Source: Candidatus Methanogaster sp. (GTDB taxonomy: Archaea > Halobacteriota > Methanosarcinia > Methanosarcinales > Methanogasteraceae). From it: a stretch of DNA of 64,000 nucleotides. The stretch covers positions 140,014-204,013 of the forward strand of contig PQXF01000001.1 in the NCBI GenBank assembly GCA_003194445.1. The letters run 5' to 3'. Positions 1 through 8,907 of the stretch are shown in pieces. Made by a program: the position numbers and the translations under genes. The notes beneath the pieces were generated by a model. It was given only the letters and a program-made list of their open reading frames with translations. It did no database searches and was not told where the DNA came from. Every line of letters begins with the position of its first letter. Positions within the stretch are counted from its first letter, which is position 1.

Positions 1-1101
1 AACGCAAGCGAGGACGTCACAGTCGAACTGCCTGAGGGAACTGATAGTGTGAATCTTACAGTAGAGAACTACAACTACAAGTTCATCGAGAAATCGACAG
101 GCGATGTGGTTGTGGTCAGCGTGAATGAGGAGCTTTTCCAGGACGGCTTCTTTGAGATGAGAAAGAGGTGCAAGACAGGAGTTGCAACGCCTGATGAGAA
201 GTCGGCATTCAAACTTGCGAAGAAGGAGCTTAAGGAGAAGATTCTCTATCTGCCGGCAGAGGAGGTATTTAAGGTAAGCGGCGGGGGAGGAGCACTGTCC
301 CCTGAAGAACTCTTCAAATCGCTTGCCGGTGAATGGGCATTTGAGGGATCGATGATACTTGGCAACGATATCATACCAATCAACGGTACAAGGACGTTTA
401 CCTCGACCGGCCCTGTAAGCGCGGACTTTATTGTCGCCTACAAGATGGGCGAGACAGAGACTGCCGAGACAGGCTCTGCATGGTGGGATGGCGAGAGAGA
501 ACAACTCGCAATCAAGGAAGGCGATGAGATCGAATACTCCAATCTGACTTCAAATGGCTATGAAAGCAGAGCGGTTCTAAAAGACGGTATTCCGGAACTT
601 AACATATCTGTTGCGGTTGTATCTGAGGAGAGTCTGACCATTCTCGATGATATGACGCAGGTCATGAAATGGTCCGCGGTTAACATGAATGGTGAAACAC
701 TGTGCAGTGGAAAGTTGACATTCAAACCAGTAGCTCATAAGACCGCAACAACGCTCACTGCTGATATCATCCCCGCGATCTCGATGACCGTTCCGACGAC
801 GACTGTTGACTTCGGGAAGGTCGGAGCAGGGATGACTTCTGCAAATCAGGTCATAACAGTCGTGAACACCGGAGCAAGTTCTGCAAAGGTCTCTGCAATG
901 ATGCTTGATGACGCTGGATGCTTCTACAACGAGTCACTCCGGTTAAACGGCGGGACTATCGGAGGTTTCTCAAGCGTGTTGCCGTCGGACACGTCAGACT
1001 TCATATATGAGTATGATATTCTCACAAACCTTGTGGTGCCTGACTGGGCAGGAGGAAAGTACGATGGAACGATTCTTTTCGTTGCAGAGAGCGAGTCGTA
1101 A
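1..1101 (+). CDS. Multi-domain cell-surface protein, 5'-truncated by the window; C-terminal ~120-aa beta-rich (WxL/pilin-like) domain
   Basis: Frame is open from base 1. The C-terminus (TTLTADIIPAISMTV..VDFG..ITVVNTG..YDGTILFVAES) is Thr/Ser-rich and beta-sandwich-like. Confidence 0.65.
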   Translation, partial: NASEDVTVELPEGTDSVNLTVENYNYKFIEKSTGDVVVVSVNEELFQDGFFEMRKRCKTGVATPDEKSAFKLAKKELKEKILYLPAEEVFKVSGGGGALSPEELFKSLAGEWAFEGSMILGNDIIPINGTRTFTSTGPVSADFIVAYKMGETETAETGSAWWDGEREQLAIKEGDEIEYSNLTSNGYESRAVLKDGIPELNISVAVVSEESLTILDDMTQVMKWSAVNMNGETLCSGKLTFKPVAHKTATTLTADIIPAISMTVPTTTVDFGKVGAGMTSANQVITVVNTGASSAKVSAMMLDDAGCFYNESLRLNGGTIGGFSSVLPSDTSDFIYEYDILTNLVVPDWAGGKYDGTILFVAESES

Positions 1102-1573
1102 AGGGGTAATCCCCTTTCTCCTTCTTTTCCTGTTAATCCCGCAAGCATCCGGGATCGGTGTTGGCGCATCACCTGACAGAATCGATTTTGACGTGGTGCG
1201 CCCGGAAGAGGTAGCGGTACGAGAGATGTACGTGATCAACACCGGTGACGCGGCAGAGCATGTTATGCTCACGGTGGATGGAATCGGAATTACCGCGGAT
1301 CCTCTGGAGTTCGATCTTGCTGCAAAGGAGAACAGGGTTGTTGTGGTATCGGTAGATCATGCAGAAGCTGGTGAACATGAAGGAAGCATCCTGATCACGG
1401 CTCGCCCATCCGGAGACGGTGCAGGTGGGCTTGGTCTTGGCGCAGGCGTCAGGGTGCCGATCTCGTTTGTTGTAGAGGATAGTATCTCATGGAAGGTCGT
1501 TATCGTCGCAGGGCTTCTTCTTCTTCTTGTTACGGCTGCCGCGGTGATCCGGAGGCGGCGGACGAAGGTGTGA
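1064..1573 (+). CDS. Membrane-anchored Ig-like protein (DUF916/PapD-like), start uncertain
   Basis: Signal peptide (RKGVIPFLLLFLLIPQASG), IGVGASP and VINTG motifs, C-terminal TM helix followed by RRRR. Confidence 0.65.
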   Translation: MERFFSLQRASRKGVIPFLLLFLLIPQASGIGVGASPDRIDFDVVRPEEVAVREMYVINTGDAAEHVMLTVDGIGITADPLEFDLAAKENRVVVVSVDHAEAGEHEGSILITARPSGDGAGGLGLGAGVRVPISFVVEDSISWKVVIVAGLLLLLVTAAAVIRRRRTKV

Positions 1574-1578
1574 ATGAT

Positions 1579-1639
1579 GTTTAGGATTTTTACGCTAAAC
1601 CTAACTTTTTTAGGGCAACTTATTTCCATACCTAACATC
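1579..1639 (+). promoter_or_regulatory. Conserved ~60-bp promoter/operator, copy 1
   Basis: GTTTAGG..AAACCTAA..TAGGG-N15-CCTAA. Aligns with 4293-4352 and 4681-4740. Confidence 0.6.
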
Positions 1640-1673
1640 ATAATCTTCTAAAACGCAAAAGGAGGTAGAGTAC

Positions 1674-1760
1674 ATGGGTTGTGAATGCGACGGAAACTGC
1701 GCACATTGCAGATGCGAGAAAGCCAAAGCGGTAAACGAAGAAGTTGAAGACGAAGAGTGA
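1674..1760 (+). CDS. 28-aa Cys-rich, acidic-tailed microprotein (metallothionein-like)
   Basis: MGCECDGNCAHCRCEKAKAVNEEVEDEE*, with GGAGGT RBS at 1661-1666. Confidence 0.7.
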   Translation: MGCECDGNCAHCRCEKAKAVNEEVEDEE

Positions 1761-1842
1761 AGACGCGCGAATCATCGGCAGATACGTTTTCACGAGCCGG
1801 ACCTGGACATACGCAAATTAAAAAAACGGCGCAGGTGACATG

Positions 1843-1925
1843 TAATCTGTGTCCACTTGCGTAATCTGTGACAGAGGTTTTTAGCCACTGACTGCGACAG
1901 CAGCGGCGAAGCCATTAACACGGAT
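1843..1925. repeat. REP-like palindromic repeat family C
   Basis: Reverse complement matches 15739-15810 (TTAATGGCTTCGCCGC.GCTGTCGC.GTCAGTGGCT). Confidence 0.7.
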
Positions 1926-2127
1926 TCTACTGGTTTTGTCAATCGTCATATCCATGTCCCGTGTTGATTTACCACAACTTACTCGATCACGTCCTCATTT
2001 CTGACGATTGAGCAAAAAGGAAGGTAACTTCGCCTATAAATACACTTACCAGTACCGTTTCTCCTTTGGTATCCAAAACCAAAAGGTTTTTGTACGATGT
2101 AGGCTACCAATATCGTCAGACAATACT

Positions 2128-2421
2128 ATGATGAGAAACATTTTTCTGGGGTTTATCAGAATACACATCCTGCATCATGCATCCGAGGAGGAGATATTTG
2201 GAGTAGCGATGATGGAGGAACTAAGAAGGCACGGTTACTTAATAAGTTCCGGAACTCTCTACCCCATACTTCATTCGTTAGAGGAAGACGGCTACCTTAC
2301 AAGAAGAGACGAAGTCGTCAACGGAAAGGTAAGGAAATACTATAGAATAACTGAAAAGGGTATTAGCGCTCTTGAGGACGCGAAAAAGAAGATTCAAGAA
2401 CTCACAGAGGAGGTAATGTGA
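2128..2421 (+). CDS. PadR-family transcriptional regulator
   Basis: FIRIHILHHA, SSGTLYPILHSLE, RKYYRIT winged-helix motifs; ATG at 2128. Confidence 0.9.
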   Translation: MMRNIFLGFIRIHILHHASEEEIFGVAMMEELRRHGYLISSGTLYPILHSLEEDGYLTRRDEVVNGKVRKYYRITEKGISALEDAKKKIQELTEEVM

Positions 2422-3605
2422 AGGTAGCTAAACATTTCAGAACCAATCTGATGAAGGGCGTTGGTGCTAATGTCGCAATCCTTGGTCTGGTCAGTTTGTT
2501 TACTGATCTGGGAAGTCAGATGGTCTTTCCCTTAATTCCGCTATTTTTGGACGGAGTACTTGGCGCCAGTAAAACAGTCATTGGTCTGATCGAAGGTTCT
2601 GCTGAAACTACTGCCAGCCTGTTAAAAGTATTCTCTGGTTACTGGTCCGATAAGATTAAACGAAGAAAACCATTCGTCCTCGCCGGTTACGGACTTTCTG
2701 CGCTCTCAAAACCTCTCTTCGCCTTCGCTTATACATGGCCGGTGGTCTTTGGGATCAGGATTGTTGAGAGGGTGGGGAAAGGTATCAGGAGCGCGCCCAG
2801 GGACGCGATTATAGCCGAGTCCTGTGCCGACGATGTCAGAGGGAAGGCGTATGGCATTCACAGAGCTATGGATGGGGTGGGTTCGATTTTCGGAGCTGTT
2901 CTGGCTCTTATCATACTTATTTCGCTCGGTTTCAGAAATGTTTTCTTGCTGGCCGGCATCCCATCGTTGATCGCAGTTCTGCTGATAATATTTGTGAAGG
3001 AAGAGAAGAAGAAAACCCTTCAGCCCCTCCCGGACACTACAAGATCTATACGGATCAGTTTCAAAGCTCTCACCCCACAGCTTAAGTATTTCACCATCGT
3101 CGCAACGGTATTTGCACTTGGGAACTTTGGCTATGCTTTCCTGATGCTACGTGCGGTCGATATTGGTCTAAGCTACCCCGTAGTGATCTTGTTGTACATA
3201 ACTTTCTATATAATTTATACCATTTTCACAATTCCCGCAGGCATGATCTCGGATAAGATTGGCAGAAAACCGGTTATCGGAATCGGTTATGTGCTATTCG
3301 GGCTAACCTCACTCGGTCTCGTTTTTGTCTCAAGCCTATTTCAGATCGTCTGGCTATTCGTATTATACGGCATCTTCTATGCTATGATCGATGGCGTCCA
3401 GAGGGCGTTTGTCGTCGATTTATCGCCACCGGATCTGAAAGCTACGGCGCTCGGGACATTTCACACGGCAACAGGTTTGGCTGCTACGCCTGCTTGCGTA
3501 ATCGCAGGTTTGCTATGGGATACGATCGGTCTGGAAACGGCATTCGCCTACGGCTTCGTTTTATCTATCGTTGCAGCAGCGTCGTTATTTAAACTTAAAA
3601 TTTAG
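2418..3605 (+). CDS. MFS transporter
   Basis: About 12 TM segments; G..SDKIKRRKP and GMISDKIGRK motif A; GTGA overlap with padR. Confidence 0.92.
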   Translation: MKVAKHFRTNLMKGVGANVAILGLVSLFTDLGSQMVFPLIPLFLDGVLGASKTVIGLIEGSAETTASLLKVFSGYWSDKIKRRKPFVLAGYGLSALSKPLFAFAYTWPVVFGIRIVERVGKGIRSAPRDAIIAESCADDVRGKAYGIHRAMDGVGSIFGAVLALIILISLGFRNVFLLAGIPSLIAVLLIIFVKEEKKKTLQPLPDTTRSIRISFKALTPQLKYFTIVATVFALGNFGYAFLMLRAVDIGLSYPVVILLYITFYIIYTIFTIPAGMISDKIGRKPVIGIGYVLFGLTSLGLVFVSSLFQIVWLFVLYGIFYAMIDGVQRAFVVDLSPPDLKATALGTFHTATGLAATPACVIAGLLWDTIGLETAFAYGFVLSIVAAASLFKLKI

Positions 3606-3619
3606 GGCAAGGTAGACAT

Positions 3620-4275
3620 ATGACAGCTAAAACAAACGGACGGGACTTAAAGACGCGCATGGGAGGAGATGCGGAACCGGAGAATGAGACCGATGATGAT
3701 CGGATACGACCCCGAATTCCGGGCTAAACTTGCAGAAGACCACAGTGCGATCGCCAGATACAACGATTGCGAATACGAAAAGGAAAGCGATAGACGCGCT
3801 TGGTGGGATACCGGATGAGAACTCCCGGGTTTTGGAGATCGGCGCGGGACCCGAGAACACCGACGATATCTGCTCTTATTTCCTGTGGCAGATGAAAGAC
3901 CTCGAAAAACACCTGGAGAAGATGGAAGCAGCGTCAATGCGGTACTGTGCGGTGATACAACCGGCAGGAAGGGACGATATGGTAGAGGAGATGTGGAGGA
4001 TAACCGGGGAGCGCTATGGGGGCGAGTTCGATCCTGACGCGAATTACTTCGCTTACCTGCTACTCAGGCAGTTAGGGCGGCTTGTGGATGTGCGGATCAT
4101 GAAGTACGGCGCTGAACTTGACTTCTAGCCGGAAGTGCGGTACATAGCGAGATTTATTGGCAAATACGTGGAGGTTGATCATCACACGAAAGATGTGATT
4201 GAACAATACGTCTCTTCGAAAAGTCTCTCTGTGGAGCTGCAATCGGCAGTGGTGATGTGGTGGAAGATTCTTTGA
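3620..4275 (+). pseudogene. Decayed class I SAM-dependent methyltransferase
   Basis: VLEIGAGP motif, frameshifted 5' part and apparent internal deletion. In-frame TAG at 4126 is followed by a typical ..SAVVMWWKIL* C-terminus. Confidence 0.7.
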
Positions 4276-4292
4276 GCGACGAATCTCGATAA

Positions 4293-4352
4293 GTTTGGAT
4301 TTTCATTCAAAACCTAATATTTGTAGGGATAACTATATACACACCTAACATC
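4293..4352 (+). promoter_or_regulatory. Conserved ~60-bp promoter/operator, copy 2
   Basis: TAGGG-N15-CCTAA (4324-4348) encloses the TATA-like TATATACA. Confidence 0.6.
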
Positions 4353-4571
4353 TAACTTAGTGGGTGCAGGCATACGCTTGCGGTAGACTCAAAGAACCCG
4401 CATCGATGTAGCGACATATACCGCCTCCTAAATGGTTTTGATGCGGGAGTGTGGTAGGGGATGGGGCGGGAGTGGGGCAATCTCTCATGCACATCCCCGG
4501 GCGATATGCTGCAAATCGGGACAAACAACATCAGCATCTCAAACGATGCAAAGATCGAATCGGTGAATATC

Positions 4572-4694
4572 ATGGAAAACGTACAACAATTGACCAGATG
4601 CCCGAAGTGTGGGAAACGTCTGCACGTATGCGGACATATACAGATTTGCAGCATATGCGGCATCCTAATAACCTTGATTTGTTTGGGTTTTTGA
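4572..4694 (+). CDS. 40-aa zinc-ribbon microprotein (alternative start 4506)
   Basis: CPKC-x12-CSIC, GGTGA RBS at 4562. Confidence 0.5.
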   Translation: MENVQQLTRCPKCGKRLHVCGHIQICSICGILITLICLGF

Positions 4695-4740
4695 ATTTAG
4701 CCGAGTTTTTATAGGGCAGGATATTTGCATACCTAATTTC
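4681..4740 (+). promoter_or_regulatory. Conserved ~60-bp promoter/operator, copy 3
   Basis: TAGGG-N15-CCTAA at 4712-4736; ungapped alignment to copy 2. Confidence 0.55.
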
Positions 4741-4909
4741 CTATTTATAGAGTGTAGGCAAACCCGGTAGACTCAAAAAAATCATAACATATCCGCAGAA
4801 TGGCATCGGATACGGCAGGGCTAAAAGCGTGGCAGGTCTCAATAGAACGCCCACAAACTTGCGCCTGCACGGTCCGATGGATATGTTATGGGCGGGGTTG
4901 TAGGGTGAG

Positions 4910-5134
4910 ATACTGATCGTTGTGATGATACTTGCAGTGCTCACCTGCTTACAGTAGATATGCATACGTGACCTATGATACATCACCGATGTCGCATATA
5001 TAACGCAGTGGCTATATCCTGATCTCTTCGCAGACCTCAATCCTTCCAGTATACCTTATGAGTATCTTGAGCGGTTCCATGGCATGGGTATGCCGGATAG
5101 GCTCTCTGTGTACCTGGCAAGTAAGCCACAAAGC
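4910..5134 (+). pseudogene. Remnant of an iron/cobalamin-type ABC substrate-binding protein
   Basis: Signal-peptide-like ILIVVMILAVLTC, followed by the characteristic C-terminal AYITQWLYPDLFADLNPSSIPYEYLERFHG. The middle is missing. Confidence 0.65.
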
Positions 5135-5494
5135 TCAGTGCCGGTGCTCCCTGCAAGCGTTCTCGTCGGTCGCTTCCATAAGCCGTCCCTGCTGCCATGC
5201 CTCGATTGCATCGCGCACCGTACCCGCTGCACCCACAAAGACATCGATTCCGAACTGTTCAAACATCATAACAGCCTTCGGTCCAAGCCCCCCACAGAGC
5301 ATGACATGAGTACCGGTCTTTGATATGAACTCCGGGGGCAGCCCGACGCCGCCCATATGCTCGCTGGTATTCTGAGCTACCTCAACCTCGTTCGTGTCGA
5401 GATCGACAATCGTGTAAGTGGGAACCCTGCCAAAGTGCTGACCGACAGGAGCGTCGATTCCGCCTTCTCCTTCTGTTGGAATACATACTTTCAT
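5135..5494 (-). CDS. NifB/NifX-family (FeMo-cofactor-binding-like) protein
   Basis: MKVCIPT..HFGR..CGGLGPKA motifs. Confidence 0.9.
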   Translation of the reverse strand: MKVCIPTEGEGGIDAPVGQHFGRVPTYTIVDLDTNEVEVAQNTSEHMGGVGLPPEFISKTGTHVMLCGGLGPKAVMMFEQFGIDVFVGAAGTVRDAIEAWQQGRLMEATDENACREHRH

Positions 5495-5603
5495 CTCTTC
5501 TTCGCCTCTTGTTATTTCACGTTGTTTTTGTCTTGCGATCAACTCTATTAATACTGTGTACGGATAGGGCTGCCAACCTGGCTCTTCTCGCTTGTGTCAA
5601 ACA

Positions 5604-5760
5604 GACACTCTCTAAAAATCCGAGTGTTTTCCACCGATTCACTCGATTCGTGCCATCCGTGACTGCAAGCATAGCGAGCAAGCGCCGAAGGCATAAGATC
5701 AGCACCAATAGATCACGAATGACAGCGAATGACGCGAATTACATGAATTTGGTTACCACA
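5604..5760 (+). mobile_element. MITE-like family A copy
   Basis: TCTAAAAATCC terminus and ATCAGCACCAATAGATCACGAAT core shared with 12309-12501 and 33255-33484. Confidence 0.75.
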
Positions 5761-5831
5761 TATCATTCTAATGTCTGAAAATACCGTATCGACCAATGTC
5801 TGCTACTTTCGAATCCTTGCATCTACCGATA

Positions 5832-6722
5832 CTACATCTCATGCGCGATCCCGCAGATATCCGGGACATCGTGTCCGTGCGCATGGCAGTAGTCCCTGAC
5901 TCCGTCTGCAATCTCCGTAAAGACCGAGATTCCTCCACATACCGCAGACCCGACCTGCACAGCACTTGCCCCAGCCATCATCATCTCGACTGCGTCCTGC
6001 CATGTAGAGATCCCGCCGACCCCGATTATTGGTATGTCGAGCGCAGCATACAGATCGTAGACACATTTCACGGCAATCGGCTTGATCGCAGTCCCTGAAA
6101 GCCCACCGAACCGGTTGCCAAGGATCGGAAATCCAGATTCGATGTCGATAGCCATTGCACGCACGGTATTGATTGCAACAACGGCATCTGCACCCCCTTC
6201 CTGTGCGGCAAGCCCGATCTCCGCAATATCAGTGACATTCGGCGTCAGTTTCGCCCAGACCGGGATGTCAACTGCGTCTTTGACCGCGGATGTGATCTCC
6301 CGGACAAGGGACGGGTCGATGCCGATGGACGCGCCATATCTGCCTGCGTGCGGGCAGCTGAGGTTCAGTTCGACCCCGTCCGCAAGATCGCAGAGTCCGA
6401 GCGCAACCTCAACAAATTCGGATGCATCTTCGCCAAAGATGCTTGCAATTACAGGAACTCTGCCTTTCTTTGCCGTCACCACCTCTTCGTGATATCGTTG
6501 GTACCCTGGATTCGGCAGACCAAGTGCGTTAAGGAAACCACATTCGATTTTTACCATGCTCGGGTTCGGATGCCCGGAATTGGGCGCGCATCCGATCGAT
6601 TTTGTGACGACTGCTCCTGCGCCGCTGCCTGCAACTCGCAGGAGCGATGCGCCGGTACTACCAAGGATTCCCGCGGCGAGGATTGTTGGGTTACTCAGTT
6701 TCAGCCCTGTTATGGTTATCAT
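5832..6722 (-). CDS. pyrD: Dihydroorotate dehydrogenase, class 1B catalytic subunit
   Basis: ELNLSCPH, KLTPN, INTV, GGLSG, GVGGI motifs; start placed at ATG 6722. Confidence 0.95.
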   Translation of the reverse strand: MITITGLKLSNPTILAAGILGSTGASLLRVAGSGAGAVVTKSIGCAPNSGHPNPSMVKIECGFLNALGLPNPGYQRYHEEVVTAKKGRVPVIASIFGEDASEFVEVALGLCDLADGVELNLSCPHAGRYGASIGIDPSLVREITSAVKDAVDIPVWAKLTPNVTDIAEIGLAAQEGGADAVVAINTVRAMAIDIESGFPILGNRFGGLSGTAIKPIAVKCVYDLYAALDIPIIGVGGISTWQDAVEMMMAGASAVQVGSAVCGGISVFTEIADGVRDYCHAHGHDVPDICGIAHEM

Positions 6723-6762
6723 GATTGTTGTGTCACACGCATTTATGGTATCAAGATATGGG

Positions 6763-6993
6763 TCTCTGGCATCTCGCGTTACGGTGACCAACACCCCTGG
6801 GACTTTTTGATATTTTCGAAATAAAGTTTCGGAAGACCACAGAGGATACAGAGTGACACAGAGGGGGCGAAGGATAAGAATAACATCTCTCTGTGATCCT
6901 CTGTGCTCTCTGTGCTCTCTGTGGTTTAATCTTCCTTATCATAACGATCTCCGGAAGAGTGAAAAAGTGCATACGCCCGCGAATTACATAAGA
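6763..6993. mobile_element. MITE-like family B copy
   Basis: Colinear with 36614-36866; imperfect TIR TCTCTGG..CTCGCG / CGCGAATTAC..AGA; internal ACAGAG/CTCTGT repeats. Confidence 0.75.
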
Positions 6994-7098
6994 ACCGAGA
7001 TTGGCTTCAATCGCTTTCTTCATCACACAGCGGGAATTGGTATTCGGATTAGGGTGGGAGCTATAATACACATTCGTATCAAGATATATCCTCAGCAT
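6994..7098 (-). pseudogene. PIN-domain (VapC) toxin N-terminal remnant
   Basis: MLRIYLDTNVY, then loss of similarity and the family B element. Confidence 0.65.
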
Positions 7099-7354
7099 AT
7101 TTTTTCCTTCCGGATTTCTCTTCTGATATCTTTTATCCCCTTATGTATCTGATCTAATTCGTTTTCATCCATCCCCCTCACCGTACTAACATATCGAGTT
7201 TATTTTGAGTCAATTCAGCAACCATTCGCCTTGTGGCACACCTAAAAAAGTCTGACAGGTCCTCAAATTCGCTTTTTTTTATGAAGAACTCAATGAGTTT
7301 GAGATCTATCGAAGGGAGGCGCGTTGCTATCACATCTGTATGCATACTAACCAT
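7092..7354 (-). pseudogene. Ribbon-helix-helix antitoxin, split by a frameshift or stop near 7178
   Basis: IATRLP..DLKLIEFFIKKSEFEDLSDFFRCATRR, with a second piece ending in an ATGCTGA overlap with the PIN start. Confidence 0.55.
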
Positions 7355-7718
7355 TGTTGATGTGTTGTCCTATATTAATTGTGTAGCAGACTATTATGAC
7401 CAATCACCATCCTTTCCAATATCTTATGATTGTTTCTATGAATCTTTTTAATGAATTTCTTTACGGCATGATTCATCATGTCAGGAGACTATAAATCAAA
7501 TTTCTCAAAGATATTTTTCGCTGCTGCGCAGATGTGGATCAAAAAGTATATATAGGACTTATTTCAAAAAGTAAGTTCATAGCAATACCATGCATGGATA
7601 TGGTCATGGAATAGGGTTCTATTCTGTGCATAATTCTATGCTTGGTGTCGGTGAATGAAACCGAACATACACCGTTCGATTGCGGACGGAACCGTACCAC
7701 AAAAAGAGGTAAGAACAA

Positions 7719-7946
7719 ATGGCAAAGAAAATACTACCACTGGCTCCAGTTGAGCGACTTATACGGGCTGCATCTGAAGGCGACATCAGGGTCAGCGAAT
7801 CAGCACGCAGTGCTCTGACCGACGAGCTCGAGAAGATTGGAATGAAGATCGCTAAGGAAGCGATCATCGAGACGAAACACGCAGGCAGAAAGACAGTTAA
7901 GGCAGAAGACATAAGCAGAGCACTTGATATACTCAAACTGGACTGA
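7719..7946 (+). CDS. Archaeal histone (HMf family)
   Basis: LPLAPVERLIR..RVSE..HAGRKTVKAEDI. Confidence 0.96.
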   Translation: MAKKILPLAPVERLIRAASEGDIRVSESARSALTDELEKIGMKIAKEAIIETKHAGRKTVKAEDISRALDILKLD

Positions 7947-8016
7947 AATTCAGGTTTGAACGCTTGCCGTCCGGTGCATCAATCGTTGCGGGGCGGCCTT
8001 ATTTTTTAGGGGTACC

Positions 8017-8907
8017 ATGAACACATATTATACACCTGAAGAGCTCGGGAAGTATCGGCAGGCCGGAAAGATCCTTGCAGAGGTGCGGGGGCAGACCGCG
8101 AAGAGAATTGCGGTCGGAGTGAGCATCCTTGAGACCGCGGTCTTTGCCGAGAATCTAACACGTGATCTCGGCGGACAGCCTGCATTCCCGTGCAACCTTT
8201 CGCTAAACGAGGATGCTGCGCACTACACGCCCGGCACAGACGATACAGCAGTATTCGGTGAGGATATGGTAAAACTCGACATCGGGGTCCACGTTGATGG
8301 ATATATCGCGGACTCTGCCACGACCGTCGATCTTTCAGATCATCCCGAACTTGTGGACGCGTCAAGGGCAGCGCTTGAGAGCGCGATCGGTATGATCCAC
8401 GCCGGGATCGATACAAGGGAGATCGGGGTAGCAATCGAGGAGGCGATCGGTGAGTTTGGGTACAGGCCGATCTCGAACCTCACAGGACACGGACTTGCAC
8501 AGTATCAGGCACATACCCCACCAAGCATCCCGAACGTACGTACACGCACCGGAACCGTGCTTTACGATGGGCAGGTGATTGCAATCGAGCCGTTTGCGAC
8601 TGAGGGGGAAGGAAAAGTCAGAGATGCAACGAGATGGGAAATCTACCACGTGACAACAGAAAACCCCCAACTTCCGCGCATTCCAAGAGCAAGGACGCTG
8701 CTAAAGGAGATGATGGAGTATAAAAACCTACCGTTTGCGAGAAGATGGTTTTCCGGAGAGAAGATCGATCTCACATTCAGGCAACTGACGAAAGCAGGAC
8801 TCATCAAACCGTACCCCATCCTGCGGGAGGTCACCGATGCGCTCGTGTCTCAGGCAGAGCATACTGTGATCGTAACCGAGAACGGCTGCGAGGTCACAAC
8901 TGCATGA
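8017..8907 (+). CDS. map: Type II methionine aminopeptidase
   Basis: AAHYTP, KLDIGVHVDGYIADSA, NLTGH, AIEPFAT, QAEHT. Confidence 0.96.
   Translation: MNTYYTPEELGKYRQAGKILAEVRGQTAKRIAVGVSILETAVFAENLTRDLGGQPAFPCNLSLNEDAAHYTPGTDDTAVFGEDMVKLDIGVHVDGYIADSATTVDLSDHPELVDASRAALESAIGMIHAGIDTREIGVAIEEAIGEFGYRPISNLTGHGLAQYQAHTPPSIPNVRTRTGTVLYDGQVIAIEPFATEGEGKVRDATRWEIYHVTTENPQLPRIPRARTLLKEMMEYKNLPFARRWFSGEKIDLTFRQLTKAGLIKPYPILREVTDALVSQAEHTVIVTENGCEVTTA

Noticed and set aside
4126..4128. In-frame TAG in the methyltransferase as pyrrolysine read-through
   Set aside because: The same gene has a frameshifted 5' part and an apparent internal deletion, so pseudogenisation explains it better. No pyl genes are visible in the window.
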